A stretch of 60,148 bases of DNA from Candidatus Nealsonbacteria bacterium (GCA_003551435.1 PUMQ01000021.1:1-60148); one strand, 5' to 3'. Numbered from the stretch's first letter, positions 45,957 through 55,598 are shown. Program-made: numbers and translations. The notes: generated from the sequence alone by a model not told the origin.

Positions 45957-47255
45957 TCATTTGCCGCTCTTTATTCTTTTTATTCTTGCCCCTATACTGC
46001 AAAGTCTTTTATCTATCTCTTCATATCCCCTGTCCGCCTGCGATATGTCTTTTATAACCGTAGTCCCTTCGGCAATGAGCCCGGCGATAATAAGCGCCGC
46101 ACCCGCTCTTAAATCCAGGGGATCAAGCTTGGTACCGTGCAAAAGAGTAGGTCCGTTAATAATTGCCCTGTGAGGATCGCAAACCACGATTTCCGCCCCC
46201 ATCTTATTAAGCTCTTCCAAGTACTTCAACCTTCCTTCATAAATCGTATCGTGTATCAGAGTAAGCCCCTCGGCCTGTGTAGAAAGCACCCCTATCGGCG
46301 CTTGCAGGTCGGTGGGAATTCCCGGGTAAGGCATGGTTCTTAACCTGTCAATACGAAGACTTTTCCAAGGAGAGATAAAAACTTTATCTCCTTTTATTTT
46401 AATCTTTCCTCCGCATCTGTGCAACTTATTGAGAAGAAGTTTCAAATTTTCTACGGGTACGTTTTCCACGCAAACATCTCCTCTTCCGGCAAGAGCAAGC
46501 AAGATAAAAGTTCCCGCCTCTATATAATCATAACAGACCGCGTGTTCCGCCCCGCCGAGTTTCTCTTTTCCCTTTACTACGATAGTGCTGGTCCCCTCTC
46601 CTTTGATGTCCGCTCCCATCTTTTTTAAAAAGCAGGCCAAATCCTGGACATGCGGCTCGGTAGCCGCCACTTTAATGACCGTCTTCCCTTTTGCAAGACA
46701 GGCGGCCATAAGAATATTCTCCGTCGCCGTCACCGAAAACCAGTCAATTACAACCTCGCCGCCTTCAAGTCTTCCGTTTCCCTTAAAGTGATATACATTA
46801 GAGGTTTTTGAGCCGTTTTTTTTCAACCCGAACTCCTCCGTCTTAACTCCCATTTCGGCGAACCCATTTAAATGGGCGTCTATCGGCCGAGAACCTATTA
46901 TACAGCCCCCCGGATGAGGAATTCTGGCCGACCCGAAGCGTGCAAGCAGCGGACCAACCAAAAGAATGGCCGATCTCATTTTGTTTATAAGGGAAAAATC
47001 TATTTTCCCCGGATCAATATCTTTTGCCGTAATTTCTACCCTTCGCTTGTTAACGAAATTTACTTCCCCACCCATTCCTTCGATAATCTCAAGCATGGTC
47101 TTTACGTCGTCAACAAGAGGAATATTATCCAAAACGCAAGTTTCGGAAGTAAGAAGAGTGGCGGCAATAATAGGAGTGGTGGCGTTTTTAGAGCCCCTTA
47201 CATCAATGGTTCCCTTCAATTTGCTTCTTCCCTCAATAATTAGTTTGTCAGACAT
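45957..47255 (-). CDS. murA: UDP-N-acetylglucosamine 1-carboxyvinyltransferase
   Basis: MSDKLIIEG...GSKNATTPIIAATLL..., HPGGCIIGSRPID and LRAGAALIIAGL. Confidence 0.95.
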   Translation of the reverse strand: MSDKLIIEGRSKLKGTIDVRGSKNATTPIIAATLLTSETCVLDNIPLVDDVKTMLEIIEGMGGEVNFVNKRRVEITAKDIDPGKIDFSLINKMRSAILLVGPLLARFGSARIPHPGGCIIGSRPIDAHLNGFAEMGVKTEEFGLKKNGSKTSNVYHFKGNGRLEGGEVVIDWFSVTATENILMAACLAKGKTVIKVAATEPHVQDLACFLKKMGADIKGEGTSTIVVKGKEKLGGAEHAVCYDYIEAGTFILLALAGRGDVCVENVPVENLKLLLNKLHRCGGKIKIKGDKVFISPWKSLRIDRLRTMPYPGIPTDLQAPIGVLSTQAEGLTLIHDTIYEGRLKYLEELNKMGAEIVVCDPHRAIINGPTLLHGTKLDPLDLRAGAALIIAGLIAEGTTVIKDISQADRGYEEIDKRLCSIGARIKRIKSGK

Positions 47256-47324
47256 TTAAATAACGGGAATTAGAGAGTTCGGCGGAACGGTAAGGCTCCT
47301 CCGCTCAGCTTATTTTGCCCGGTT

Positions 47325-47353
47325 ATTATAATACACAGCGACATAAATAGCAA
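47325..47353 (-). promoter_or_regulatory. Putative murA promoter (TTGCTA-17-TATAAT)
   Basis: Minus strand carries TTGCTA (plus 47348-47353), a 17-nt spacer and TATAAT (plus 47325-47330). Confidence 0.45.
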
Positions 47354-47383
47354 ACGCCCTCGTTTGGGCCAACTGCCACTTTT

Positions 47384-47413
47384 CCAAACAAAATACGGAG
47401 GTACTACCCCCGT
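47384..47413 (-). terminator. Rho-independent terminator after rpsI
   Basis: Minus strand reads acggggg-tagta-cctccgt (7-bp stem with one G-U) followed by attttgtttgg. Confidence 0.6.
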
Positions 47414-47424
47414 AAATCTCCTTA

Positions 47425-47835
47425 TTATCTCTTTCTCCACTGCGGTGCTCTTCTCGCCCTTTTTAGCCCGGGCTTTTTCCTTTCTCTCATTCTCGGATCA
47501 CGGGTGAGATAACCGGTTGATTTTAGTTGCTTCCTTAGTTTCTCGTCAAAAGAGGCCAGTGCGCGGGAAATTCCGTGCCGTACCGCTTCCGCTTGAGACT
47601 TTACTCCGCCTCCGGAAACTCTCGCTGAAACGGAAAAATTATCAAGACAATCAAGGCTCAAGAGAGGCTCTTTTACCGTTTTTTGCAATTCAAAGGTAGG
47701 AAAGTAGTCCTCCATTTTCTTCTCGTTGACCGTAATGCCCCCTCCTTTCTTTTTATAAAGGCGTACGGTACAGGTAGATGTTTTCCTTCTTCCTACCGAT
47801 TGGTAATATTTTTCTTTCTTCTTGGTAGTGGCCAT
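47425..47835 (-). CDS. rpsI: 30S ribosomal protein S9
   Basis: The C-terminus ...LTRDPRMRERKKPGLKRARRAPQWRKR is the S9 signature. Confidence 0.95.
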   Translation of the reverse strand: MATTKKKEKYYQSVGRRKTSTCTVRLYKKKGGGITVNEKKMEDYFPTFELQKTVKEPLLSLDCLDNFSVSARVSGGGVKSQAEAVRHGISRALASFDEKLRKQLKSTGYLTRDPRMRERKKPGLKRARRAPQWRKR

Positions 47836-47837
47836 TT

Positions 47838-48188
47838 TTACTTAACGCTTAATCTTTTTATTCTTTCCGTTCTCAGCTTGTTCTTCGGAAGCATCCCGTA
47901 AACCGCTTTCTTAAGCGCCGCTCCTCGGCTTCTCTCAAGAAGTTTTTTGTAAGGGATTTCCTTTAGCCCTCCCGGGTAGCCCGTGTGCCGGTAGTAGATT
48001 TTCTCATCCTTCTTTTTCCCGGTGAGCTTTATTTTTTCAATATTTTCCACTACCACGAAACTCCCCCCGTCAACATGAGGCTGATAGTTTTCTTCATTTT
48101 TCCCTATAAGAAGCGTCGCTATCTCGGATGCGGCTCTTCCAAGGGGTTTTCCTCCAACATCAACGGTATATGTTTTTCTTTCTTTCAT
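47838..48188 (-). CDS. rplM: 50S ribosomal protein L13 (short)
   Basis: GKPLGRAASEIATLL.GK... and YYRHTGYPGGLK. Confidence 0.93.
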   Translation of the reverse strand: MKERKTYTVDVGGKPLGRAASEIATLLIGKNEENYQPHVDGGSFVVVENIEKIKLTGKKKDEKIYYRHTGYPGGLKEIPYKKLLERSRGAALKKAVYGMLPKNKLRTERIKRLSVK

Positions 48189-48199
48189 GGTAATAGATA

Positions 48200-48547
48200 T
48201 TATACAAACTCTATAACGGCCATTTCGGCACCGTCTTCACCTCTCTGGCCGAGTTTTACAATCCTTGTATATCCTCCGGGACGGTCCTTGTAGCGCGGCC
48301 CTATTTCTTCGATAAGCTTTTTTGCTACCTCGTCTGAGAACCGTCTCGCTAAAAATCTTCTGTTAAAGACGGTGTTTTCTTTGGCCCTTGTTACCGTTTT
48401 TTCTATAAACGGTCTCAGTTCCCTTGCTTTTGCGTGTGTGGTTTTTATCTTTTCGTTTACAACAAGAGCACGGGAAAGTGACAAAATCAACGCCCGCCGC
48501 TGGTCTCTTTTTCTTCCAAATCTTTTTTTATTTTTTACCCTGGGCAT
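48200..48547 (-). CDS. rplQ: 50S ribosomal protein L17
   Basis: MPRVKNKKRFGRKRDQRRALILSLSRALVVNEKIKTTHAKARELRPFIEK. ATG at 48547 is preferred over the longer track ORF. Confidence 0.93.
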   Translation of the reverse strand: MPRVKNKKRFGRKRDQRRALILSLSRALVVNEKIKTTHAKARELRPFIEKTVTRAKENTVFNRRFLARRFSDEVAKKLIEEIGPRYKDRPGGYTRIVKLGQRGEDGAEMAVIEFV

Positions 48548-48626
48548 AATGCTGATATAGGAAAAGCGAATAATCCCGCTTCTTAATTTCCTGCCGCAGA
48601 AACCGGCCAAACTCGCTACCGTCCCC

Positions 48627-49568
48627 TTACTTCTTCTCTTCTTTTAAAGCAAATTTTTTCTTTTTAAGCGCTTTCTTTATCTCTTTGACTCCTTTTTCTC
48701 CCATCCCTTCCAAAGACAAGACATCTTCTTCCGTCTTTTTAAGAAGATTCTTTATTTTCTTTATCTTGTTTTCTTTAAGAATGTTAACTATGCGGCTAGA
48801 AAGCCCAAGCTCTTCAATAGAAAGATCCTCTTCGGATACCTCCTTTTCTTTTTCTTTCTTCTCTTTTTCTTCTGGGTGTTCTTTTCCTTGGAAAGAGGAC
48901 AAAAGAGAAAAGTGCCGGGACAAAATATCAACCGCCTGCAGGAAAGCATCCTCCGGGGACACGGTTCCGTCGGTCTCTACTTCCACAAAAAGACGGTCAA
49001 AATCCGTCCTTTTTCCAACACGCATATTTTCTACATAAAAATTGGTGCGCTTCACGGGAGTAAAGATGGCATCAATAATAATCTGGCCGACTTCAAGTTT
49101 TTCTTCTTTTCTGTTTTCCGCAGAAGAGTACCCTGTGCCCTTCTCAATTTCCACCTCCATTTCCAGTGACGCCTTCTTGCCGGTAAGCGTAGCTATGTGT
49201 GATTCCGGATTTACAAGTTCCACCTGTGTGGGCAGTTTGAAGGAAGACCCTCTTGCCTCGGTTTCTCCTTTCACCGACAGCTTGGCAAATTGCGGTTCAT
49301 CGGAGTGAACACGAAAGCGAAGATTTTTTAAATTGAGAATAATTGTGACCACGTCTTCGAGTACTCCGGAAACGGTAGAAAACTCGTGGTTTACTCCCTC
49401 TATCTTAACTTTTGTAACAGCCGCTCCCCCGAGAGAGGAAAGAAGAACTCTTCGGAGACTGTTGCCGATAGTTACTCCGTATCCCGGATAAAGCGACTCT
49501 ATTTCAAAAAGCGCTTTGTTTTCTTCTTTTTTTTCTACAACTTTGGGTTTTGATGGTAGTGAAATCAT
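48627..49568 (-). CDS. rpoA: DNA-directed RNA polymerase alpha subunit
   Basis: N-terminal domain (LYPGYGVTIGNSLRRVLLSSL.GAAVT) and C-terminal domain (IEELGLSSRIVNILKENKI), joined by a Lys/Glu-rich linker. Confidence 0.95.
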   Translation of the reverse strand: MISLPSKPKVVEKKEENKALFEIESLYPGYGVTIGNSLRRVLLSSLGGAAVTKVKIEGVNHEFSTVSGVLEDVVTIILNLKNLRFRVHSDEPQFAKLSVKGETEARGSSFKLPTQVELVNPESHIATLTGKKASLEMEVEIEKGTGYSSAENRKEEKLEVGQIIIDAIFTPVKRTNFYVENMRVGKRTDFDRLFVEVETDGTVSPEDAFLQAVDILSRHFSLLSSFQGKEHPEEKEKKEKEKEVSEEDLSIEELGLSSRIVNILKENKIKKIKNLLKKTEEDVLSLEGMGEKGVKEIKKALKKKKFALKEEKK

Positions 49569-49688
49569 ATAATATAAGTTATGACTTGTGACCTATGACT
49601 AATAATAACATTTAACATTTGGCTTCTAACACTTGGCTATTAATTAAACTGCCAGCTGTTATTTGTCATTGGTTATCGATCAATATTA
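49569..49688. repeat. Intergenic element B (family with 43242-43337 and 34126-34191)
   Basis: Fills the whole rpsD-rpoA spacer. On the minus strand it has GTCATAG-GTCACAA-GTCATAA tandem heptamers next to the rpoA ATG. It also has an internal duplication (taacatttgg / taacacttgg). Confidence 0.55.
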
Positions 49689-50321
49689 TTACCTTGAATA
49701 AAACTCAAAAATAGAAGAAAATTCTACCGGCGGAGCGATTTCTTCAACTACCGCTTCTCCCGTTACTTTGGCAGACATGTTTTTCCTGTCCAAAGAAATC
49801 CAAACGGGGGGAGTAAAGTTTTTCATTTTCTCCTCAAAATTTTCGAAAACTCTTTTGTTCTTTTTCCCGGGACGGACAGAAACCGTATCTCCCGGCTTCA
49901 TTCGGTAAGAGGGTCTGTCAACCGGTTTGCCATTCACATGAAAAAACCCGTAAACCACCATCTGTTTTGCTTCCGGACGAGAAGAAGCAAAACCCGCACG
50001 GTACACGACGTTATCCAAACGCGCTTCAAGCCTTCTTAAAAGCCTGTCTCCCGCTGCTTCTTCTTTTGTTTGTTTTCCGATAACCGATTTAACGTACTTT
50101 ACAAACTCCCTTTCTTTGAGATTGTACCAACGCCGAAGCTTCTGCTTTTCTGCAAGCTCTTTTCCATATTGGGAAACATGGCCCTTCCTCCTTTTGGGCT
50201 TTTGCCCGGGAGCATAGGGTTTTTTAATCATCGGGCACTTCGGCGACTCACACTTTTCCCCTTTAAGGAAAAGTTTGGCTCCTACCCGGCGACATTTTTT
50301 GCAGTCAGAATTTTCTTTCAT
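49689..50321 (-). CDS. rpsD: 30S ribosomal protein S4
   Basis: CKKCRRVGAKLFLKGEKC...PGQKPKRR and an S4 domain (RLDNVVYRAGFASSRPEAKQMV). ATG at 50321 avoids overlap with rpsK. Confidence 0.93.
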   Translation of the reverse strand: MKENSDCKKCRRVGAKLFLKGEKCESPKCPMIKKPYAPGQKPKRRKGHVSQYGKELAEKQKLRRWYNLKEREFVKYVKSVIGKQTKEEAAGDRLLRRLEARLDNVVYRAGFASSRPEAKQMVVYGFFHVNGKPVDRPSYRMKPGDTVSVRPGKKNKRVFENFEEKMKNFTPPVWISLDRKNMSAKVTGEAVVEEIAPPVEFSSIFEFYSR

Positions 50322-50326
50322 AGTAG

Positions 50327-50776
50327 TTAAGGTCTTCGGGGTTTTTTCGGACGACACCCGTTGTGAGGAATCGGGGTAATGTCTTTAATTCTATTAATAA
50401 TCATGTCTTTCCCGGCCAAGGCGCGCAAAGCGGAAGACCTCCCGGTTCCCACTCCTTTCACGAAAACATCCACCTCTCTTACTCCCATCTTTTCCGCTTT
50501 TTCGGAAAGGACGTTAGCCACCTCGGAAGCGGCATAGGGGGTTGCTTTTTTAGTGCCTTTAAAACCCAAACTTCCCGCACTAACCCAAGTCAAAACTTCT
50601 CCTCTGGTATCAGCTAAGGTCATCAGAGTGTTGTTATAGGAAGTAGAAATATGAATACGGCCGTAAGTAACTCCTTTTTTTCCTGCTTTCCCTTTCTTCT
50701 TCTTTGCCGTTTCAAGCTCATCTTTTTCCTGAAGAATCTCTTCCTCCGTTTTTTTAATTATTCTCTTTTTACCCAT
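50327..50776 (-). CDS. rpsK: 30S ribosomal protein S11
   Basis: GRIHISTSYNNTLMTLADTRGEVLTWVSAGSLGFKGTKKATPYAA...DITPIPHNGCRPKKPRR. Confidence 0.96.
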   Translation of the reverse strand: MGKKRIIKKTEEEILQEKDELETAKKKKGKAGKKGVTYGRIHISTSYNNTLMTLADTRGEVLTWVSAGSLGFKGTKKATPYAASEVANVLSEKAEKMGVREVDVFVKGVGTGRSSALRALAGKDMIINRIKDITPIPHNGCRPKKPRRP

Positions 50777-50797
50777 AAAATTTGATTTACATTCGGC

Positions 50798-51187
50798 TTA
50801 CTTTGCCGAAGGAGGCGCTTTTCTACCCGATCCGGCAGACTTTCTTACATTTCCTCTTACCGTCCGGTTATTTGTTCTTGTGTTTTGTCCTCTTACCGGC
50901 AAACCTTTCTTGTGTCTCGTTCCCCTATAGCACTCAATCCGCTTGAGGCGCTCAACCGAATCCCGCCTTTCCCTGCGCAACTCTCCTTCTGTTTTCTGTT
51001 TTTTCTCAATAATCTCCCTGAGTTTTTTTAATTCATTTTCGGTAAGATCTTTTGTGCGCTTTGCTTCGTCTACTTTAGCTTCTTTTAAAATTGCTCTGCT
51101 TAAGGATTTTCCGATACCAAAAACGTAGGTTAGGGCAATAACCACTCTTTTTTCTTTTGGTATGTTTATCCCCGCTATTCTCGCCAT
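50798..51187 (-). CDS. rpsM: 30S ribosomal protein S13
   Basis: [26 protein letters not shown]...[20 protein letters not shown]. Confidence 0.96.
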   Translation of the reverse strand: MARIAGINIPKEKRVVIALTYVFGIGKSLSRAILKEAKVDEAKRTKDLTENELKKLREIIEKKQKTEGELRRERRDSVERLKRIECYRGTRHKKGLPVRGQNTRTNNRTVRGNVRKSAGSGRKAPPSAK

Positions 51188-51212
51188 AAATTATCAGCTT
51201 GTGATATTATAA

Positions 51213-51326
51213 CTATCCTTGTCTTTGCTTGTGTTTCTTATTTTTACAAATCACATAAACCCTGTTCTTCCTTCGAACAACTCTACAGTCTCTACAAATT
51301 TTCTTTACCGATGATTGGATTTTCAT
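51213..51326 (-). CDS. rpmJ: 50S ribosomal protein L36 (37 aa, below the ORF-track cutoff)
   Basis: Hand translation gives [37 protein letters not shown]. The position between infA and rpsM is conserved. Confidence 0.9.
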   Translation of the reverse strand: MKIQSSVKKICRDCRVVRRKNRVYVICKNKKHKQRQG

Positions 51327-51455
51327 TTTTTTTATCGCCACTCTTTTTTACTATTTCTAGAAAAGTAACCGTTAATCGTATTTCTTCTTTGCCCGCAAAA
51401 TTTACAAAAAAAAGACCCTTCTTGCGCGTTTCCTGATTTCCTTTTCTCCTGAAAA

Positions 51456-51668
51456 CTATCCGCGATAAACGATTCTTCCTTTGGTTTGGTCGTATTCGTT
51501 GACCTCCACTGTAACCTTATCTCCCGGAAGAACTTTTATACGGTACATTCTCAACTTTCCGGCCAAATGAGCATTCACTTCTGCCCCGCTTTCAAGCTTA
51601 ACCTTAAAGTGCGCATTGGGTAGCGCTTCTAAAACAACTCCTTTTTGTTTATTGTTATTGGAACTCAT
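51456..51668 (-). CDS. infA: Translation initiation factor IF-1
   Basis: [60 protein letters not shown]. Confidence 0.96.
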   Translation of the reverse strand: MSSNNNKQKGVVLEALPNAHFKVKLESGAEVNAHLAGKLRMYRIKVLPGDKVTVEVNEYDQTKGRIVYRG

Positions 51669-51777
51669 CTCAAAAAATCAGATCCCGTGAAAATTTGCCC
51701 GTGTGAAATAAAACGACCGTCCCTGACTGCTACCGGGCGTCTTAAACTCTTCTAGAGCAAATTATCTCACGCGCTAA

Positions 51778-51806
51778 AGGATAACAATTTTTCCCTCTTT
51801 TGTCAA
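51778..51806 (-). promoter_or_regulatory. Putative infA promoter (TTGACA-17-TATCCT)
   Basis: Minus strand carries TTGACA (plus 51801-51806), a 17-nt spacer and TATCCT (plus 51778-51783). A leader of about 110 nt follows. Confidence 0.45.
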
Positions 51807-51814
51807 ACATTTCC

Positions 51815-53011
51815 TCAGAAGGCAATTTCTACGTTTACTCTCTCTCTTGAGCTCAAAACGCTTCTTATCCCGAAAGGGTAATTTCTTATCTCCACTCTTT
51901 TTGCACCAACCTCTTCCCGAAGCATTTTTTCCGCTTTTTCAAAATCAAGGCCAGCCAATTCCCTGCGCCATTTTTCTTTATCTACTTCCCTGTAAATTTC
52001 CGCAAAAAAGTCGATTAAAGCATCCGCCTCCCCTTCTTCAAAATTTATCCTCAACAAGTCAATTTTCATTTCTTCCGTTTCTTTTCTCCAAACATGGTTT
52101 TCCGGCAAAAGATTGGTTATAAAAGCGGTTAAGTTTTCATTGCTTACGGCGATTGCTTTAACACTGACATCCAGCTTAAAATGAAACGTTTCTTCTCCCG
52201 TCTCCTCTTCGCTAAACGTCCTTTCCACTACTTCTACCGCATATTGCGCATCGCTTTTTAAAAAGTACTCTTCCTGATATTTTTCTCTTAATATTTCTTT
52301 CCCTTTTTGAAACAACTCTTCCTTTATCTGGGTCTCTGCTCTTTTCATAGTGTCATCGTCAAGATACGGAACCTCTTTACGGACTCCCTCTTCTTTCAAG
52401 GTAAAGGAAACTCCCTGCACTTTTCCGTAGACAGCCGTTCCTTCCAAGCCGGGAAGGGCAAACTTGGAGTCCGGGGAGATATTGTGCTCCTCTCCGGCTT
52501 CTGCGGCAATTACTTTTACCTTGTTACACCCCTCTTCTACTCCTTTTTCCGGAAGAGTGAATGCTTCCGTTGCAAGAAAAAGTTTTCCTCCGTCCGAGAC
52601 AAATCTTGTTCCTTCCACAAAAGTAACCGGTGTATCCCTGTAATCCTGGCAAACTTTTATCTCTCCCCTGGCTTTTTCTTCTAACAACATTCTTCCCTCT
52701 ATGGGGAATTCCCGAACATCGGAAACTCGTTCGCTAAAAACCATCCCTCTTATATCATTCTCTCCCAATGCTCCGGAAGTGCGGATCAACACTCTTTTAT
52801 CCACGGTGAAATCTTCCACAACCGGATAGATGGTAACTTCCGTTCGGTAAGAAGCATATAGAAAGTATCCTGCCAGAAGAAAAACGGCCAGAATCGCAAA
52901 AAAAATCCATTTGCGCCCAACGGAGGGCTTACTATCTTTACTTTCTTTGACAGTTTCTTTCCTGTCTGTTTCCTCCAAGGGAGGGTATATGTCAATTACT
53001 TTCTCTTTCAT
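51815..53011 (-). CDS. Hypothetical single-pass membrane protein with a large extracytoplasmic domain
   Basis: 398 aa with a TM helix at about residues 35-55 (WIFFAILAVFLLAGYFLYASY). I confidently recognise no family; there is only a weak resemblance to baseplate-J-like segments (AAEAGEEHNISP). Confidence 0.55.
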   Translation of the reverse strand: MKEKVIDIYPPLEETDRKETVKESKDSKPSVGRKWIFFAILAVFLLAGYFLYASYRTEVTIYPVVEDFTVDKRVLIRTSGALGENDIRGMVFSERVSDVREFPIEGRMLLEEKARGEIKVCQDYRDTPVTFVEGTRFVSDGGKLFLATEAFTLPEKGVEEGCNKVKVIAAEAGEEHNISPDSKFALPGLEGTAVYGKVQGVSFTLKEEGVRKEVPYLDDDTMKRAETQIKEELFQKGKEILREKYQEEYFLKSDAQYAVEVVERTFSEEETGEETFHFKLDVSVKAIAVSNENLTAFITNLLPENHVWRKETEEMKIDLLRINFEEGEADALIDFFAEIYREVDKEKWRRELAGLDFEKAEKMLREEVGAKRVEIRNYPFGIRSVLSSRERVNVEIAF

Positions 53012-53025
53012 TTATTTATCAATTA

Positions 53026-54894
53026 TTAATTTAATACCGCTTTAATTCTCCTTACTCCCGAAGAAGAGGCTTCTTCTTTGGTAATTTTAAACGCCCCCAA
53101 CTCAGAAGTTTTTCCCACGTGAGGTCCGCTGCAAATCTCGTTGGAGAAAACATTTCCTTTTCGGTCGGTAATGGAATAAACCAAAACCCTTGATGGATAT
53201 TTTTCTTCAAAAGAAGCGAGAACACCCGAATCCATCGCCTCTTTTAAAGGCATTTCTTTTTTCTCTACCTTCATGTCTTTTTTGATTGCTTTGTTGACCA
53301 TTTTTTCTACCTCTTCTATTTCTTCCTTGGTAAGTTTTCTGTCGTATGAAAAATCAAAACGCAGCCTTTCGGAGGTAATATTGCTCCCTTTCTGAATGAC
53401 GCTTTCCCCAAGCACCTGGCGCAGAGCGGCAAGGAGAAGATGGGTAGCCGTGTGAAATTTGACCGTCTTTTCTTCTTTATCCGCCAATCCGCTTTTAAAG
53501 ACGCCTGCCGAAAGTTCTCTTGATAGGTCTTTGTGTTTTTCCATTTCCCGGTAAAAAGCTTTTTTGTCTACGGCCTGGCCTCTTTCATCGGCCAACTCTT
53601 CCGTAAGCTCTATCGGAAAACCGTATGTCTGATAAAGAAATGCTGCCGCTTGACCGGTAATAACTTTCTCTTTTTTGAGTTTTTCAAACTCTTTAAGGCC
53701 TTTTTCCAGTGTTTTGTAAAAAAGCGTTTCTTCTTTTTCAATGCTCTCGCAAACAAAAGAAGAGTTTTTCTTTATTTCCGGGTAGGCCTCGCCGTATATT
53801 TCCACCACTTCCTTTGCTACTTTAGAAAGCCACGAACCGCCGGCTATCTCCAGTTGCTTTCCGTGCCTTGCCGCTCTCCTTATAAGCCTTCTTACAAAAT
53901 AGCCCTGCCCTTTGTTTGACGGAAGAACCCCTTTTTCGTCTCCGATAATGAAAGTGGCCGCTTTAACGTGATCGGCAATCACTTCAAAAGACCTTATCTT
54001 TTGGCGGTATTTATAGGAGGAGATCTGTTCTATTTTACGTATAATCGGCAAGAACAAGTCGCACTCGAAAACGCTTTCTTTTCCCTGGGCAATCATCGCC
54101 AGCCTTTCCAACCCTCCCCCGAAATCTACGTTTTTCTGGGGAAGCTTATGAAATCCGTCTTCTTTTTTTACAAACTCAATAAAAACGCTGTTTGCTATCT
54201 CAATAAACCGGCCGCAATCACAATTGATATGGCAGGGGCTATCCTTCCAAGGAGAGTTTTCGTGGCGACGGAGATCTTCTCCCATATCATAAAAAACCTC
54301 GCTATCCGGCCCCCCTATTTCTCCTATCGGCATCTTGTCCGGAGAACCGGTACGCGACCACCAGTTTTCTCCATCGGGATAATAAAAAATGCGCCCTTCC
54401 TGCATGCCGTTTCTTTCCGCAAAATCAACATCTTTCGCCTCTATACCCTCTTTACCGAAAATACCTTTCCAAATTTCTACCGACTCTGAGTCTTTTTCCA
54501 CTCCGATTTCCGGATTGCCGCGGTAAACGGTGACATAAAGCCTCTCGGGACTAAGCCCGACTTTTTCCGTAAGAAATTGAAAAATCCAGTTTAATTGTTC
54601 TTTCTTAAAGTAATCTCCCAATGACCAATTTCCCAGCATCTCGAAAAAAGTAGTGTGGCGCATATCTCCAACTTCTTCAATATCATCCGTACGGAAACAT
54701 TTCTGAGCATTGCAGAGGCGCTTTCCCTCCGGATGGGTTTCTCCCATAAGGTAAGGGACCAGTGGAAACATTCCCGAGTTGACAAAAAGAAGGGTGGAGT
54801 CTTTTTCCGGAATTAAAGAGGAAGAGGGAATAACGGCATGTCCCTTTTCTCTGTAAAACTCAAGGTATTTTTTTCTTATTTCTTTAGAATCCAT
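53026..54894 (-). CDS. alaS: Alanine--tRNA ligase, short form (catalytic, tRNA-recognition and editing domains; no C-Ala domain)
   Basis: FYREKGHAVIPSSSLIP, LLFVNSGM, RTDDIEEVGD..HTTFFEMLGNWS, HxxxH editing motif (HTATHLL) and CSGPHV. Length is 622 aa versus about 870 typical. Confidence 0.94.
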   Translation of the reverse strand: MDSKEIRKKYLEFYREKGHAVIPSSSLIPEKDSTLLFVNSGMFPLVPYLMGETHPEGKRLCNAQKCFRTDDIEEVGDMRHTTFFEMLGNWSLGDYFKKEQLNWIFQFLTEKVGLSPERLYVTVYRGNPEIGVEKDSESVEIWKGIFGKEGIEAKDVDFAERNGMQEGRIFYYPDGENWWSRTGSPDKMPIGEIGGPDSEVFYDMGEDLRRHENSPWKDSPCHINCDCGRFIEIANSVFIEFVKKEDGFHKLPQKNVDFGGGLERLAMIAQGKESVFECDLFLPIIRKIEQISSYKYRQKIRSFEVIADHVKAATFIIGDEKGVLPSNKGQGYFVRRLIRRAARHGKQLEIAGGSWLSKVAKEVVEIYGEAYPEIKKNSSFVCESIEKEETLFYKTLEKGLKEFEKLKKEKVITGQAAAFLYQTYGFPIELTEELADERGQAVDKKAFYREMEKHKDLSRELSAGVFKSGLADKEEKTVKFHTATHLLLAALRQVLGESVIQKGSNITSERLRFDFSYDRKLTKEEIEEVEKMVNKAIKKDMKVEKKEMPLKEAMDSGVLASFEEKYPSRVLVYSITDRKGNVFSNEICSGPHVGKTSELGAFKITKEEASSSGVRRIKAVLN

Positions 54895-54965
54895 ATGTAA
54901 GAATTAAGTGCAAAGCGTAAAGTGAAAAACATAAAGTCACAGCTCAAAATTCAAATCTCTTTTTC

Positions 54966-55084
54966 CACTTTTAGCTTTTAGCTTTTAGCTTCTCGCTTTA
55001 CGCTTTTCGCTTTTAGCTTTTCACTTTTCACTTTTCGCTTTACGCCCTTAGCTTTTCGCTTTTCGCTTTACGCTTTACGCTTCT
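54966..55084. repeat. 17-unit imperfect tandem heptamer array, plus-strand units [CA][GA]CTTT[TA]
   Basis: Exact 7-nt register by hand parse: cactttt agctttt agctttt agcttct cgcttta cgctttt cgctttt agctttt cactttt cactttt cgcttta cgccctt agctttt cgctttt cgcttta cgcttta cgcttct. It lies between the YkuK-like stop and the alaS start, and inverted copies occur at 54910-54929. Confidence 0.9.
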
Positions 55085-55539
55085 TATGTGTACCTGTCTG
55101 CCAGCTTTGACGCCACAAAACTTTCCGGCTTTATCTTCGGTTCAAATCCGTTTCCGCGAATAAAGCTGGCAACCTCTTTTATCATGTCTTTGGTAATTCC
55201 GTTTTCCCCTATATCGGCATGGATATGAAACACGTCAGAAAAAGCCAATCTTTCGCGAAGCTCCATAGCAATTTTGCAAGAAAGAGAGACTTCTTCCATA
55301 ATCCTTTCTTTGTAATTGTAAAACCGGCGAGAGGAGTAGTTTATCTTCTTCACGAAAAACCTTCCACCCTTCCCCTTCCGCAAAACAACAATAGCCACCG
55401 GAAAATGGGGCGTATTAGAGGAAGGTGAATCGCAACCGACAACTATTTCGTAATTGCCGGGCTCTTGCATATAATCGGTGATTTCCTCTATCACCTCTTT
55501 GAACTCTAAAAATCCTTTTGTCGGGTTTAAAAATTTCAT
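55084..55539 (-). CDS. YkuK-like (DUF458) RNase H-fold protein
   Basis: MKFLNPTKG...YEIVVGCDSPS...FPVAIVVLRKGKGGRFF resembles the YkuK family pattern. GGAGG lies 5 nt upstream of the ATG at 55539. Confidence 0.55.
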   Translation of the reverse strand: MKFLNPTKGFLEFKEVIEEITDYMQEPGNYEIVVGCDSPSSNTPHFPVAIVVLRKGKGGRFFVKKINYSSRRFYNYKERIMEEVSLSCKIAMELRERLAFSDVFHIHADIGENGITKDMIKEVASFIRGNGFEPKIKPESFVASKLADRYT

Positions 55540-55598
55540 ATTTTCCTCCGATATTGTTTCCGCCCAATGTTTGTAAAACGTATAAGGCAATGTTTTTA

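Noticed and set aside
51669-51777. The ~110-nt infA leader (direct repeat cacggg, partial hairpin gacgccc...gggacggtc) as a riboswitch or ribosomal-protein leader
   Set aside because: The pairing is imperfect and I recognise no known leader motif. It is noted as an untranslated leader only.
54966-55084. The heptamer array as a CRISPR array or a coding heptad repeat
   Set aside because: The period is 7 nt with no spacers and no cas genes. Stops occur in several frames and no ORF spans it.
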